From Opitutales bacterium (GTDB taxonomy: Bacteria; Verrucomicrobiota; Verrucomicrobiia; Opitutales; UBA2987): a DNA stretch of 64,000 bases. The DNA lies in NCBI GenBank assembly GCA_965226885.1, contig CBDDEL010000017.1, positions 704,001-768,000 on the forward strand, in the 5' to 3' direction. The first letter of the stretch is position 1. Each line of letters starts with the position of its first letter. Below, one piece after another: positions 11,599-23,152 of this stretch. The notes beneath the pieces are model-generated. The model saw only the letters and a list, made by a program, of their open reading frames with translations, was not told the origin of the DNA and ran no database searches. The position numbers were made by a program, and so were the translations under genes.

Positions 11599-12362
11599 AG
11601 GAAGAAAAAAACCAGCTGCTGTTACACCATCACCTCAAGAAACTGAAGTTGCCCACCATCCTGCGCGAATGGCCGGCGGTGGCCGCGGCTTGTTCCCGGG
11701 ACCGGCTCGATTACGCCGCCTTTTTGTTGCATCTGGTCGAACGGGAGCTCATTGAACGCGAACAGCGGGCCGCCCAGCGGCGGATCAAAAACGCCCGTTT
11801 CCCCGTGCTCAAGACCCTCGAGAGCTTCGCCTTTGAAGCGCAGCCCTCGATCAACGAAGCGCTCATCCGAGAGCTCATGCGCGGGGAGTATGTCGACCAG
11901 CGCGAAAACGTGCTGCTCCTCGGTAACGCCGGTACCGGTAAAACGCACCTGGCCACCGCCCTGGGCTTTGCCGCCTGTGCCCAGGGCCGGCGGATCCGTT
12001 TCTTCGGGGTCACCGCCCTGGTTACCCATATGCTCGAGCAACGCGACAACCACGACCTGCAGCGCTTCATGAAGCAACTCGAAAGGCTCGACCTACTCAT
12101 CCTCGACGAACTCGGTTACGTCCCTTTTTCCAAGACCGGTTCCGAACTGCTCTTCGACGTGGTCAGCCGCGCTTACGAGCGCACCAGTCTCATCGTCACC
12201 ACCAACCTGCCCTTTGAGAACTGGATCGAAGTGCTCGGTTCCGAACGGCTCACCGGAGCTCTGCTGGACCGACTCACCCATCGGGTGCATATCCTCGAAG
12301 CCAACGGGCAAAGCTACCGCTTGCGCGATGCTCGACGCCGTCGCCGTGGCACAAAACAATAA
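11595..12362 (+). CDS. istB: IS21 helper ATPase IstB
   Basis: Walker A GNAGTGKT, Walker B LLILDELGY, ALLDRLTH. Confidence 0.96.
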   Translation: MKEEKNQLLLHHHLKKLKLPTILREWPAVAAACSRDRLDYAAFLLHLVERELIEREQRAAQRRIKNARFPVLKTLESFAFEAQPSINEALIRELMRGEYVDQRENVLLLGNAGTGKTHLATALGFAACAQGRRIRFFGVTALVTHMLEQRDNHDLQRFMKQLERLDLLILDELGYVPFSKTGSELLFDVVSRAYERTSLIVTTNLPFENWIEVLGSERLTGALLDRLTHRVHILEANGQSYRLRDARRRRRGTKQ

Positions 12363-12656
12363 ACGCCTTGGGCCCGGCTCGTCGGCCTCCGGCCTCCTCA
12401 CCGACCCCAAGCCAATCCCCAAAACCAACTCCCAAACCCTAAACCTTGACGTACCTGCAATTACTAACCTAAACCTTATTCCAAGCGTACCGGTTTTACC
12501 CCGACCCCCGTACCGGTTTCATCCCGGCGTTTACAGAATGTCTGAATTATATAAATTAATGTCGAATTTGTGATCGTTTTTGTGGTTGAAAGTAAACCGA
12601 CATTTGCTGACACTTAATCCACCTCAAAGGAGAACGAGAGTGTTTTTTAGGTTATT

Positions 12657-12666
12657 TGATATATCA
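12657..12666. promoter_or_regulatory. TGATATATCA palindrome upstream of TonB-dependent receptor; candidate operator
   Basis: Perfect 10-bp palindrome; identical copy at 21750. Confidence 0.45.
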
Positions 12667-12793
12667 GAATAATTAAAAGCTTTCTTTGTCTTCCGGTTAA
12701 CTTAGCACTGAAAGAGAAGCCCCTATTTAGAAAAAATAGACGACAGGACCCGCACTGAGATTTTTTCCTAATGTAAATCTGAATCGTAAATAA

Positions 12794-15005
12794 ATGAACA
12801 ATGGAACAATGAAAAACTTATATTCACGAAACGTATTTATGCACGCGCACCCTGCATGCCTGTGTGCATTTGCCATAATGTTTGGTCTTGGCGGCCACTA
12901 TTCCCTAATTGCTCAGTCGGAAGATACCGACGAAGATAGTGACGTCAGTTTGATTACGCTTTCACCCTTTGAGGTAGTAGCTCAAAAAAACCGAGGTTAC
13001 CGCGCTAACCGGTGCCACCGGTGTCATGAGAACTGCTACCCCGTTGCTGAAAGTCCCCCAAACCGTTAATATTATTACCGAAGAACTCTTTGAAGACCTT
13101 CAGGCCTATTCGATTGGTGACGCTTTGTATTATTCTTCCAACATTAATCGGCGGTTGAACTCGGATGACGGCTTCAGGATACGTGGCTTCCGGGTGCTTC
13201 AACGGTTTCGCAACGGGTTTGAAGACCAGGCCGGCATACTGGTCGGAGCCAACACCAAGGATAGCGCCAGTATTTCGCGTGTTGAGATCATCAAAGGCAC
13301 CAATGCCGTTATGCTGCAAAATGCGGATCCAGGCGGCTCTGTGAACCGGATTACGAAAAAACCCTTGTTTGACGATAGATTATTAAAGACCACTTTCACG
13401 GTCGGAAGTGATAATCTGTTTCGTTTTCATGCTGATGCCGGCGGCCCCTTAAACGAAGCCGAATCACTAGCTTATCGGCTAAATGTAGCATTCACAGAGT
13501 GGGATCACTTCCAGAAGCATAAGGGTCCCAATGGAACGGATGCATTACCTTTACGTAGGTTCTTTGTGGCTCCTTCGTTTCAGTGGAAGATTAATAGTAA
13601 GATGAGCTTGTTACTGGACTTTGAATATGAAGATCAAGACCGCTTCAAAGAGATAAGAACCATTGGCTATCGTCCTGGTGACGGCAGCATTGTCTTTATT
13701 GGCGACAACGAGCAGAATTTCGCCCAACCGTGGGCGTTTAAGGAGGGGGAATCGTACGACGTTTTTGCCTCGCTCGACATTCAATTACTTGATAAATTGA
13801 ACTTCCGCCAACGCTTTGCTCATGGACGATATGAATACTTTGAAATGTTCGACCAGGCGAGAAGGTTGCAGGACGTTGACGGTGATGGTATCCCGGAAGA
13901 ATTGTCGCGGTTTGTTCGTTTTACCGACAGTTGGAACCGGTTTGTCGAATTGCAGGGCGATCTGGTGGCGGAACTCAGTGTCGGAGGGATCGTAAACACC
14001 TTTCTCTTCAATTATAACTGGAGAAACCTCGAATCGAAAAGCAGTGCAGGCAGGAATTTCGATGTTCCCAACGTGGTTTTTGATGATCCCAGCACATTCT
14101 TCGTCATTCCCCAGCCAAATCGGAATGAACTCGGCCCAGACAATTTTCCCGATAGACGATCCAATAATCCGCACGAAGACAACGAGCGCTGGTCCTGGAC
14201 CGTTCAGGACCAGTTCAGCTTCTGGGAAGGCCGCATTCATGGTGTGGCCGGCGTTCGGTTTGACAAGATTCAGGGCCAGGAGGGGACTACAAGTGCCCCC
14301 AGGTATGGGGTCGTCTTTCAGCCAAAACCAAACCTCTCTCTTTATTATTCGTTTGCCGACAGTGAACGGGCGCAACGCCGGGTACGGCCTGAAGACGGAG
14401 TTGTTCTTGACAAACCCATTAAAGGTTCCCAGCACGAAGCCGGCATCAAAGCGGAACTGTTCGAAGGCAAAATGTCGGCGAGCTTCGCCTACTATATTAT
14501 TGTCCGCGAAAATCTTATCCTAGGCGTCCTTCAGCCTGACGGCACACAACTATTGGAGCATGCAGGGGAACAGACATCTGAAGGAATCGAATTCGAGCTA
14601 AACGGCTTGATTACCGACAACTGGCAATTTCTTCTTTCGGCGGGAACAGCGGATACGAATGACAAAAGCACGGCCACAACCAAGGCGCTTCGGGGGACGA
14701 TGGATTATCGTGTCTCCTTGTGGACCGTTTACGATGTAACAGAAGGGCCGCTTGAGGGTTTGTCTATTGGAGGTGGCTGGATTTTCAATGGAGAAATGGT
14801 TGGAGATCGCGAGGGTAGTTACCACGTTCCTGCGACCAATGTTGGTGAATTGCGGTTGGGCTACCGCTTCAATGACCGCTATAGAATATCGTTGAATGTG
14901 AAAAATATCACTGACAATGACTGGTGGGAGGATTCGCTCGGTGACGTCTTTATGTCAGCGGGAACACCCAGAGCCTACCAGTTAGCATTTACAGTTGACT
15001 GGTAA
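12794..15005 (+). pseudogene. TonB-dependent receptor, frameshifted near 13007
   Basis: N-terminal LSPFEVVA..GYRA in one frame; plug (RVEIIKG, PGGSVNRITKKP) and barrel ending in VDW in another. Removing one A in GCTAACC restores the frame. Confidence 0.85.
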
Positions 15006-15194
15006 GTGATAAAATTTAGTATATGCCGTAATACCGACTTCTTGTCCGTGCCGACACAAAACTCGAAGAAGCATGAAAGCTGGCCTCGCGCTCTTTCTTT
15101 AGCCAAGTCTACCGGAGATTTAAAGACCCGAAATTCTTCAATCCTCCGGTAGCGTTTTCGGGACGTGCATTGCTCTTGCTCAAGAATCCAAACC

Positions 15195-15240
15195 CGCTTA
15201 GTAGCCCGCTTATTTCGGAAAATAAGCGGGCTACTAAGCG
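15195..15240. repeat. Perfect 21-bp inverted repeat with 4-nt loop
   Basis: CGCTTAGTAGCCCGCTTATTT-CGGA-AAATAAGCGGGCTACTAAGCG. Confidence 0.9.
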
Positions 15241-15519
15241 AAACCGATTCCATGACAACCTCAACAACCTGCACAACCTTACCCACCCCCCTAAATTAAA
15301 AACAACCCCATTTTGGGGCAAAATACCCTTAACGCCAACAAACTCGATGAGAAAATATTCTACCTTCTGTTTTCAACTTCTTGAAGTTGGTCGTTTTTAG
15401 AGTTGACGTCGGAGGCATGGGTATCGGAGACCGCAAAAGTATTAGAATTACCCCTTTTCGGTTTCCCTATGGGGTTAATAATTCAGCATAGGGATTGAAC
15501 AACGTTCCAAGGTCCGCGA

Positions 15520-15696
15520 TGTACGGGAGATATCCTCTTTGGCGATATCGATGGGGTCTGCGTTGTTCCGAGTGCAGAAGTAGAGGAGGTTTTTAATAAA
15601 GCACTAGAAAAAGCACGCGGCGAAAAAATAGTCAGGAAGGCGATTGAATCCGGGATGTCCGCCGCAGATGCCTTTCGTAAGTTTGGGATCATGTAG
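15520..15696 (+). pseudogene. RraA/HMG aldolase-family C-terminal remnant
   Basis: Manual translation GDILFGDIDGVCVVP..ALEKARGEKIVRKAIESGMSAADAFRKFGIM*; no N-terminus. Confidence 0.7.
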
Positions 15697-15756
15697 AATG
15701 ATTCTTTGTCCTCAGCGACAGCTTCCGGTGTATTGGCGGTTTTTTTTAAACTGCCT

Positions 15757-16547
15757 TCAAGTCGAATCTTCCCGCAGCGCCGCCAGTCCTTCGGTGCAGG
15801 CGGTGGTGAGCATAGTGATGTCGAGGCTGTAAGCGAGTAACCGATAACCCTCGGCCATGCGGGCCTTAGCCTGCGCCGGGATGGGCGGGACGATGTGGAT
15901 ACCGGGCGTTACGTTGTGCCTCTGGCATGCGCCAAGGATGGCATCGCGTGCAGCGAGGTAGTCCGGGTGGTCGAACTGCCCGGTGACCCCCATCGAGGCG
16001 GTGAGGTCGTAGGGGCCGATGAAGGCGGCATCGATGCCCGGCACGCTAAGGATGGCTTCGATATTGCGCACCGCCTCGATATGCTCGATCTGCACCACAA
16101 GTAGAATTTCATCGTTGGCCCGCGAGCATTCGTCAGCCAGGCGCAAGCCGTAAGCGTTTGCCCGGCAAAACCCACCCCACGCAGTCCCTGTGGGGGATAC
16201 TTGGTGGCTTGCACCAGCAACATTGCCTCCTCCCGGGTCCGCACCATCGGGGCCACCACTCCGTTTGCGCCGGCATCGAGGTAGCGTTTGGCAAAGGCGT
16301 AATCTACCCCATGCAGGCGCACCATAGCCGCGCAATCCTGGCGGCCAGAGCGGATGGCCTGAAAAAGCTGCTGCGTCTGCGGCAAATCAACTGCCGAGTG
16401 CTCGACATCGACGCAAAGGAAGTCAAAACCGCATGTAGCCATAATTTCAGCAATTATAGGGCTTCCGCTATTGATCCAACTGCCGATTATGGTCTCACCC
16501 TCGCGCAGGCGTTGACGCAGGGATGGAATAGTTTTCGATTCAATCAT
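15757..16547 (-). pseudogene. HpcH/HpaI aldolase family, frameshifted near 16170
   Basis: GFDFLCVDVEHS..KYPPQGLRGVG, then in another frame VVQIEHIEAV..FIGPYDLTASMG. Confidence 0.88.
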
Positions 16548-17662
16548 AATTGTAATGGTTATAGCCGAGATTTCCCATATGAACATTCGTAATCGTTGAA
16601 AATAACTACTTTCTAATATTTCGATCCAATTATCTACTTTCATTGTGATTTGGCAATCCATTCCTTCGTTATTTGATGATCAAATCGGTAGTATTTAACA
16701 ATTATTGCTGATTTTCCTTTTGTTCGGTCAAACATGGGAAAGGTCTTTCCTTCTGTTGGAGGTTTCCACAGCACTGGTTCCTTTTGTATCGAAAAATCTT
16801 CTTACTCACCCCGTATCAGGTGCGAGTCGCAGTCGCTCTACTCGCTTCAGCATGGTTCGAAACATTTCTCTTGGGATGGCCACCTCAGCCATCTGGAAAG
16901 TGATATACTTGGCATGGTGGATCACCTTTGCTCCGATTTTGATGAGTTTCTCCCGTAGAGAGCTCAGCATCCAGTGCTTCACCTTGCCGGGAAGAATCAA
17001 CCGGCGCATGAAGTTACTCAGATTGTAGGCTAAGCCGAAGAGCTGAAGCCGAACGGCGTTGTCCTCAAAGTCATGGCAGGACAAGCGGGTCCAGTGAATG
17101 GCATGTTTGCCCTCTTTGATCCACTGCTCTGCGGTGCCCCGGTGGTTGTAAAATTTCACTACCTTCTTGGGTGGCCAGTTCAGATTTGTCACGATGAAAC
17201 CGACCCGCGCAAATAACTCTCCGGCGTGCCACTCGACCTTGGCCACCACCCGGCAAGCTCTCTGCCAACTGGCGGCTTGATATGGAAAACTCGCATAAAA
17301 CACCTTGGGTGCCCGCGAGGGTCACCCCACCGGGCGAGTGAGTAAAGGGGCGATATGTTTTTGTAAAATCGTGTTGCTCTGCAGCCGAATGGCATAGGAG
17401 AAGTTCTCTTGCTCAAGGTAACCGTAGAGGTCCGGATTGGCGAAGGCGGCGTCACCTCGGAAAAATCGTTTCAGGGGACGCTCACGATAGCGGGCAACGA
17501 CCGGTTGGAGCACCGACCACCAATCGTCGGCACTGTGCACGTAGCCTTTACGCAGGTTGGCCCGTTCCAAATCACCAAACTGGTTGAAGCAGAACAGGGG
17601 ATGGAAAGCAGGTGCAGCCGAAATAACCGTTAAAGGCCGAGCCTTCCTGCTTCCCGTAAGTA

Positions 17663-19486
17663 GAGGCTGTCCCAAAAATATAAAGATTTTGTAGTCAACT
17701 GGATGACGTTTATAAAAATAGCCGGAAAGAGCATTTTTTTGCTCGATCCGGCTAAAAAAGGGTTCTATAATTGCGTTAGCGAAAATCAATATAGCCCTTT
17801 CTATGAAAAATATAGCCATCCAATGCCTCCTGCGTCCAGCTTTAACTGTGGTCGACCGTTGCCTCGATTACGATAACTTTCGCGCCACCATCGAGCGTAT
17901 CGACCGGCTGCTGATCGATTCGGAGGTGGAATCGCAGGGCGTTGATCTGGCCTTGGAAAGAGGCCAGCCAATGAGGGTAAAGGCCCGGCAAAAGCGGGCT
18001 AATTTTGCCCTCAAGGCGTTGCGTATGGAAACGCTGCGTTATCTGCTCGGTGGGATTTCGTTTCGGCATTTGTCGAGGGCTCTGGGCAGCAGCGATCTGT
18101 TGGCTGACTTTTGTCGTGTCCGCCATATCGACGGCATAAGGGGCATCTCCAAGAGCACCCTGGAACGGGCCTCGAAGTTTTTCAGCGAAGAGCAGTTGAG
18201 GGCCTTGCACCGGACCTTGACTGAGGTTGTGGGCGATGCCGATCTGGCCCGGCAGGTGGTGGGATTGGACAAGCCGATAGACACCACCATTTGCCTGATC
18301 GACGGCACCTGTTTGGAGGTCAACATTCATTGGCCGACGGACTGGGTGCTGCTCAAGGATGTAGCGGGCACGCTGCTCAAAGCGATCCGGCTGATCCGTG
18401 AGAAGGCCGGTTTGCGCCATCGCATGCCGATCGAACCGGAGCCCTTGGCTCGGCAGATGAATCGGCTGTGCATACAGATGACCCACAGCCGGCGGCGAAA
18501 GGACAGCGCGCGGCAACGCAAGGGTATCTTGAGGCAGATGAAAAAGCTGCTCAAACGGATCGGGGAGCATGCCCGCAGTCACCGGGAATTATTGCAAGCC
18601 TGCTGGGAGCAAAGCGATTACAGCGAAAAACAGGTCCAACAGATCCTTACCCGGATGGAGCGCATGAGCGAGCTAATCCCGGTGGTCATCAAGCAAGCGC
18701 ACGAGCGAATCATTGGCGGCCGCCAGGTGAAAAACGCAGAGAAAGTTTTGAGTGTTTACGAACCCGATGCGCAGGTGATTGTGCGAGGCAAAGCGGGCCA
18801 AGAGGTTGAGTTTGGCAACACCCTGTTTTTGGGTGAAAGCGTTGAAGGATACCTGCTGGACTGGAAACTCTACGGCAGCCGGACGCCAAGCGAAAATGAA
18901 CAAATGCAAGAGAGTTTGCAAAGACAGAACCGCTTCAACCTAGCCGAACCCATAGCGGCCATGTGCGCGGACCGGGGATTCGCCTCCCAGCGGGCCCGCC
19001 GGCAGTTAGCCCAGGAGGGCATCTACGATGCGCTCTGTCCACGCGATCCGAAGCAGTTGAAAAAACGGATGGAGGAACCACACTTCAGGCAATTGCAAAA
19101 GCGCCGGGCCAGCACCGAAGGGCGGATCGGGGTATTGAAGAATCGCTGGCAGGCCGGGCGATTGCGCAGCAAAGGCTTTGCCAACCGCTCGATCAGCGTA
19201 GCCTGGTCGGTCCTCTCGCACAATCTATGGAAAGTGGCCAAGATGCTGGCCCAGCAAGATGAACTAAAAACCAAAGCGGCGGCCTAAATAAAGAGCGGAA
19301 AAGCAAGGACAATACTTTTTCACAGGCCTACTGTCGGCCCATACAAAGAAAACCAGGCAAACGGACCCCAAAACCAGAATCCTAACGTTATAGGAGAGCA
19401 AAGTCACCCCCTCCCAAAAGAAAATACCACTAAAATGAACACTCTTCAAAATCCCCTCGCAAAAATCACCCTTTTGGGACAGCCTC
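17663..19486 (+). mobile_element. IS5-like element copy 1 (1824 bp), TSD TAAGTA
   Basis: IRs GAGGCTGTCCCAAAA; 6-bp direct repeat on both sides. Confidence 0.95.
17803..19287 (+). CDS. IS5-like DDE transposase (494 aa)
   Basis: IDGTCLEVNIHWPTD, GKAGQEVEFG, ADRGF, RRASTEGRIG motifs. Confidence 0.9.
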   Translation: MKNIAIQCLLRPALTVVDRCLDYDNFRATIERIDRLLIDSEVESQGVDLALERGQPMRVKARQKRANFALKALRMETLRYLLGGISFRHLSRALGSSDLLADFCRVRHIDGIRGISKSTLERASKFFSEEQLRALHRTLTEVVGDADLARQVVGLDKPIDTTICLIDGTCLEVNIHWPTDWVLLKDVAGTLLKAIRLIREKAGLRHRMPIEPEPLARQMNRLCIQMTHSRRRKDSARQRKGILRQMKKLLKRIGEHARSHRELLQACWEQSDYSEKQVQQILTRMERMSELIPVVIKQAHERIIGGRQVKNAEKVLSVYEPDAQVIVRGKAGQEVEFGNTLFLGESVEGYLLDWKLYGSRTPSENEQMQESLQRQNRFNLAEPIAAMCADRGFASQRARRQLAQEGIYDALCPRDPKQLKKRMEEPHFRQLQKRRASTEGRIGVLKNRWQAGRLRSKGFANRSISVAWSVLSHNLWKVAKMLAQQDELKTKAAA

Positions 19487-20169
19487 TAAGTAGGGCTTTC
19501 CGAACTATCCATATCGAGAATCAGTTTCTTCATCCCCACTCGCCTATTCACCTAGTCAATCCATTGGCCGCTCATGTCCGTCAGTGCGTTCAGATTCTCA
19601 GGCTTGGTTAACATCTGTGTTTCAAAGCGGCTCATTTCACTGGTCGAAGCCGCTGGTTGCCAATCGGTACGATCCCCGACAATCTGCCTCATGACCGGAT
19701 CAAAACGCAGGCGCTCCGCATCGTTCGTGTCTTGTAGCCTGCCAGGCGACTGAAGACAAACTGCCGAAGCAGAGCCGCTATACCATGCTGGATATTTTTG
19801 CCCGTGCGCTCCTCCACCACATTTTTGCTTCCTATTGCAGTCAGCCCGAAAGCCTCATCGAGTTCCGGTAGAGTAACAATCCTGCATCACTGGTAACCTT
19901 CGCACCGTGGAACTCCAACTTGATTCGGCGGTTAAATTGAACCCGAAAACAGCCCTTTTCTGCGTCACCCATTGGATTTTAAGAATTTGCTCGCTATAGG
20001 TTCTTTAATTAACTTATTATTAAACACATAGCGATTTTATCAAGCAAATTCTCTTATGATGAAATGGAAAATATGGGCTTGAATAAGAAACACAATGGCT
20101 TCAAGATAGAATTGAAACTTTCAAAGAGGTGAATATGGTTGCATTTATCCTGCCAGATATATTTAATAT

Positions 20170-21479
20170 CACTAGTGTCCAGTTAAAAGCCCTTGAGCAT
20201 CAACTGGTTGTGTAATGCTAAGTTTGGCTTTCTTGTTTCGAACTTTGCAAGTAGTTGATATACAGGATCTTTTTGAAAGACGTTCACACTCAAAACTTGC
20301 AGAATCCGACTCAGACTTTCAGTGAGTCCATGCACTTTTTTCAAACAGGCGACCATGAGATAAACGCATATGGCTACCCAAATTTGGGTCTTCACGGCGT
20401 TTTCGGTGGTGCCGTAGAAAGCCTTGATGCGGAGGTTTTGCTTGATCCACTTAAAGAACAGCTCAATGCGCCAGCGGCTTTTGTAAATGGCCGCGATAGT
20501 CAAGGCGGGCAAGGTGAAGTTGTTGGTGAGGAAGACCAGCCTCTGGCCAGTTGCGCCATCGCGGTAGCGAATGCGCCGGAGCTTGCCGGGGTATTGGTTT
20601 TTGCTTTTGGCGACTTTCAATCCGATGATCTGGTCGCAACTGATTCCGCTGGATCGGTCCACGGGTTGGGAAGCACTAACGTAAAAACTCATATTGCTTT
20701 TGGCGCGGGTGACGAAGAAGGCAGCAGCCAAATGGATGCGAAAGAGCCGCTGAAAATCGACGTAACCACGATCCATTACGTAAATGCTTGCGGGTTCAAA
20801 AGCCAGTTCATCAAGGATGTTCACGTCATGCACGCTTGCGTCTGTAATACTGATGAATATAGGGATGGAGCCACGCAAGTCCATCATCGTATGCAGTTTG
20901 ATGGCCGCCTTGGTGCGGCGAAATGTTGCCCACGAAAACAACGACAGGCACAGGTCTATGGTCGAGGCATCCAGGGCATAAACCATCTCGTCTACATTCA
21001 TTCCAATCGCGTCTTGGGCATACAAACGGCGCGCCTTGGCGATGAGCACTTGAGCCAATGCTTCGTAAAGGCGCCAGTTGCGATGCTCGTTGGCGTAGGC
21101 CAAGTTCGTGCGTGTCACATTGCCCCGGATTCCCATCGCATACAAGTGAGGACTTTCCCGCAGACACGCCTCGATGTCACGCAAACTCTCACGGAATGTC
21201 ATTTGCGCAAAGGCCATGCTCAAGAACTGATCACGGGCACTGAAACTACGACTGGTTCTTGGCATGGGATAAAGACTAACGCAGCGTTCGAACTGTTCGC
21301 GATGGAGCAAATCCATCGCCTGCGTGAATACAAGGCGGCCTTCGTTCATGCTGCCCAGTCTCAAAAAGGGTGCGGAAAGCGCCAGCTAACTTCAAATGCG
21401 TCACATCCATGTGGCTACTCAACAAACACATCATCAACGAAATACGACTTTAGACTGGCCGCTTAACTGGACACTAGTG
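20170..21479 (-). mobile_element. IS4-family element (1310 bp)
   Basis: Perfect 17-bp IR CACTAGTGTCCAGTTAA; 9-bp TSD with 1 mismatch (ATTTAATAT/ATTTGATAT). Confidence 0.93.
20183..21364 (-). CDS. IS4-family transposase
   Basis: LDASTIDL, DRGYVDF, YKSRWRIELFFKWIKQ (YREK). Start may be 21349. Confidence 0.94.
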   Translation of the reverse strand: MRLGSMNEGRLVFTQAMDLLHREQFERCVSLYPMPRTSRSFSARDQFLSMAFAQMTFRESLRDIEACLRESPHLYAMGIRGNVTRTNLAYANEHRNWRLYEALAQVLIAKARRLYAQDAIGMNVDEMVYALDASTIDLCLSLFSWATFRRTKAAIKLHTMMDLRGSIPIFISITDASVHDVNILDELAFEPASIYVMDRGYVDFQRLFRIHLAAAFFVTRAKSNMSFYVSASQPVDRSSGISCDQIIGLKVAKSKNQYPGKLRRIRYRDGATGQRLVFLTNNFTLPALTIAAIYKSRWRIELFFKWIKQNLRIKAFYGTTENAVKTQIWVAICVYLMVACLKKVHGLTESLSRILQVLSVNVFQKDPVYQLLAKFETRKPNLALHNQLMLKGF

Positions 21480-21749
21480 ATTTGATATAGCAAATATTAA
21501 AATGAAAATCTGTGCGGTAAAGACGTTCCTTGATCTCCAACCCCAATTCATAACGTACCCTCCGACCCTATTACTCTTCCGACCTCGAGCTCGCCCGCTT
21601 CTGCAATGAACATTTTTACCATGGCCTTGGAGACGTTGTATTCGGTCATTTTGGTATTTCGTAGCCAGAATCTAATTCGTCCTTCGAAATCTCCGGTCTC
21701 CTTCGCCATCCCGCTAAAGACAAAGAAAGTTTTTCCCAGTCAACATTTT

Positions 21750-21759
21750 TGATATATCA
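21750..21759. promoter_or_regulatory. TGATATATCA palindrome upstream of sulfatase operon; candidate operator
   Basis: Perfect palindrome 36 bp before the ATG at 21796. Confidence 0.45.
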
Positions 21760-21795
21760 TATATTTTAAAGCTCTTATTCCCTTCATTTACAAGT

Positions 21796-23151
21796 ATGAA
21801 TCATCCGAACATCATCTTAATCCTAACCGATCACTTCCGGCGCAGCGCGCTGGGGTCCAGCACGCCGAATCTGATGAAGTTGGCAGAGGAGGGGATCCGC
21901 TTCACAAATGCCTATTGCGCCTCGCCGTTGTGCATGCCTTCGCGCAATTGCATCATGAGCGGATTGCACAATTCGCAGACTGGCATCTGTGGCAACCAGA
22001 CGGAACCACTGGATGAATTCCTTCGCCACGATACCTTCATGCATCACCTACAAAGGACCGGTTACTACACGGCGATGATCGGCAAGCATCATTACATCGA
22101 TTCTTACGGCCTGGGCGTCGACACGTGCGAAAATAACGGCCTGATCGCGGATTACGGGTTTGATCACGTCTTCCAGGTTCAGGACGATGCCGAGAACGGG
22201 CACAACGACGACGAATACACACATTACCTGAAGGGGAAGGGAAAGCTGAAGGAATTCCGAGAAGCGCTGAAAAAAGGCGGCTACCGGCATCCCTTTGATG
22301 ATCCTGACGAAACCGCGGAAGGGTTTATCGGGCGCCACGGCATCGACTTCGTCGAGCATTACAACGGTGATAAACCATTTTACCTGAACCTATCCTTTAT
22401 CGGTCCGCATCCTCCCTTTTGGCATCCCGGAGAGTTAAAACACAAACCGAAGGATATGCCGGCACCGCTGGGCCGCGAAGACACGGAAGAAGAACGTATT
22501 CGGCGAGCACACTACATGGATAAATGTTCCTTGATTGATAGTTATATGGGGACCCTGATTCAGGTGCTCAAAGACCGTAACCTGGCTGAGAACACAGTTG
22601 TTATATTCACCTCCGATCACGGGGAAAACCTGGGAGATTTCGGCATCTGGGAAAAACGATTCTTTTACGAACAAAGTGTGGGCGTGCCCTTCATCATGGC
22701 GGGTCCGGGTATCGCAAAAGAAGAACGCATGAACGGCCCACGCGTGAGCAAGTGCCTCCTTTCCCACCTTGATCTCTATCCTACCCTTCTCCACCTGGCC
22801 AGATGCGATATGCCGAAGTCCCGCATCCGTTCGGGACGCAACATCCTCGCGGCGATGGGAAGTGATTCGTCCACGGGAATCCATCGTGAGATAATCTCGG
22901 AACTCGGCACCGCGGTCATGATCCGCACCGGCAACTGGAAGCTTGTCTACGACCCCCAGGCGGGTGGCGTGCAGCACCTCTACAACCTCGTCAATGATCC
23001 CCACGAGTTGAGTAACCTCACCGGTGTCGCGGGATACGAACGCATCACTGCCGAACTGATGGAAAAGCTCCTCGCCGACCGCATCCGCCTGCACCAGTAC
23101 ACACACGCCAAAGAAGAGCAGCGGGTGCAAAGAGTACAAGTCGATTTCTAG
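21796..23151 (+). CDS. Formylglycine-dependent (S1) sulfatase
   Basis: PNIILILTD, CMPSR (CxPxR), GKHH, PHPP, TSDHGE. Confidence 0.93.
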   Translation: MNHPNIILILTDHFRRSALGSSTPNLMKLAEEGIRFTNAYCASPLCMPSRNCIMSGLHNSQTGICGNQTEPLDEFLRHDTFMHHLQRTGYYTAMIGKHHYIDSYGLGVDTCENNGLIADYGFDHVFQVQDDAENGHNDDEYTHYLKGKGKLKEFREALKKGGYRHPFDDPDETAEGFIGRHGIDFVEHYNGDKPFYLNLSFIGPHPPFWHPGELKHKPKDMPAPLGREDTEEERIRRAHYMDKCSLIDSYMGTLIQVLKDRNLAENTVVIFTSDHGENLGDFGIWEKRFFYEQSVGVPFIMAGPGIAKEERMNGPRVSKCLLSHLDLYPTLLHLARCDMPKSRIRSGRNILAAMGSDSSTGIHREIISELGTAVMIRTGNWKLVYDPQAGGVQHLYNLVNDPHELSNLTGVAGYERITAELMEKLLADRIRLHQYTHAKEEQRVQRVQVDF

Positions 23152-23152
23152 T

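Larger units (their letters stand above)
10019..12535 (+). mobile_element. IS21-family element (2517 bp)
   Basis: IRs TGTAAACGCCGGG..AAACCGGTACGG at both ends with repeated ACCGGTACG subterminal boxes; istA-istB. Confidence 0.95.
16574..20077 (-). mobile_element. Degenerate second IS1380-family element (transposase ~16806..19972, multiple frameshifts), interrupted by IS5-like copy 1
   Basis: MGDAEKG..HGAKVTSDAGLL, FRGDAAFA and YNHRGTAEQWIKEGK fragments. Putative CCCATAT termini at 16574 and 20077; ends are tentative. Confidence 0.8.

Noticed and set aside
17322..17819. ORFs containing GQPL (also 25440, 27253, 31081, 33065, 55687, 63488)
   Set aside because: Chimeric frames reading out through the IS/MITE inverted repeat into flanking DNA.
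17842..18582. 246-aa antisense ORF repeated five times
   Set aside because: Shadow frame of the IS5-like transposase; it recurs only because the IS is repeated.
20255..21466. 403-aa plus-strand ORF
   Set aside because: Antisense to a clear IS4 transposase, with no recognisable motifs.
21570..21710. Possible GntR-like HTH remnant on the minus strand (MTEYNVSKAMV)
   Set aside because: Too short and degenerate to support.
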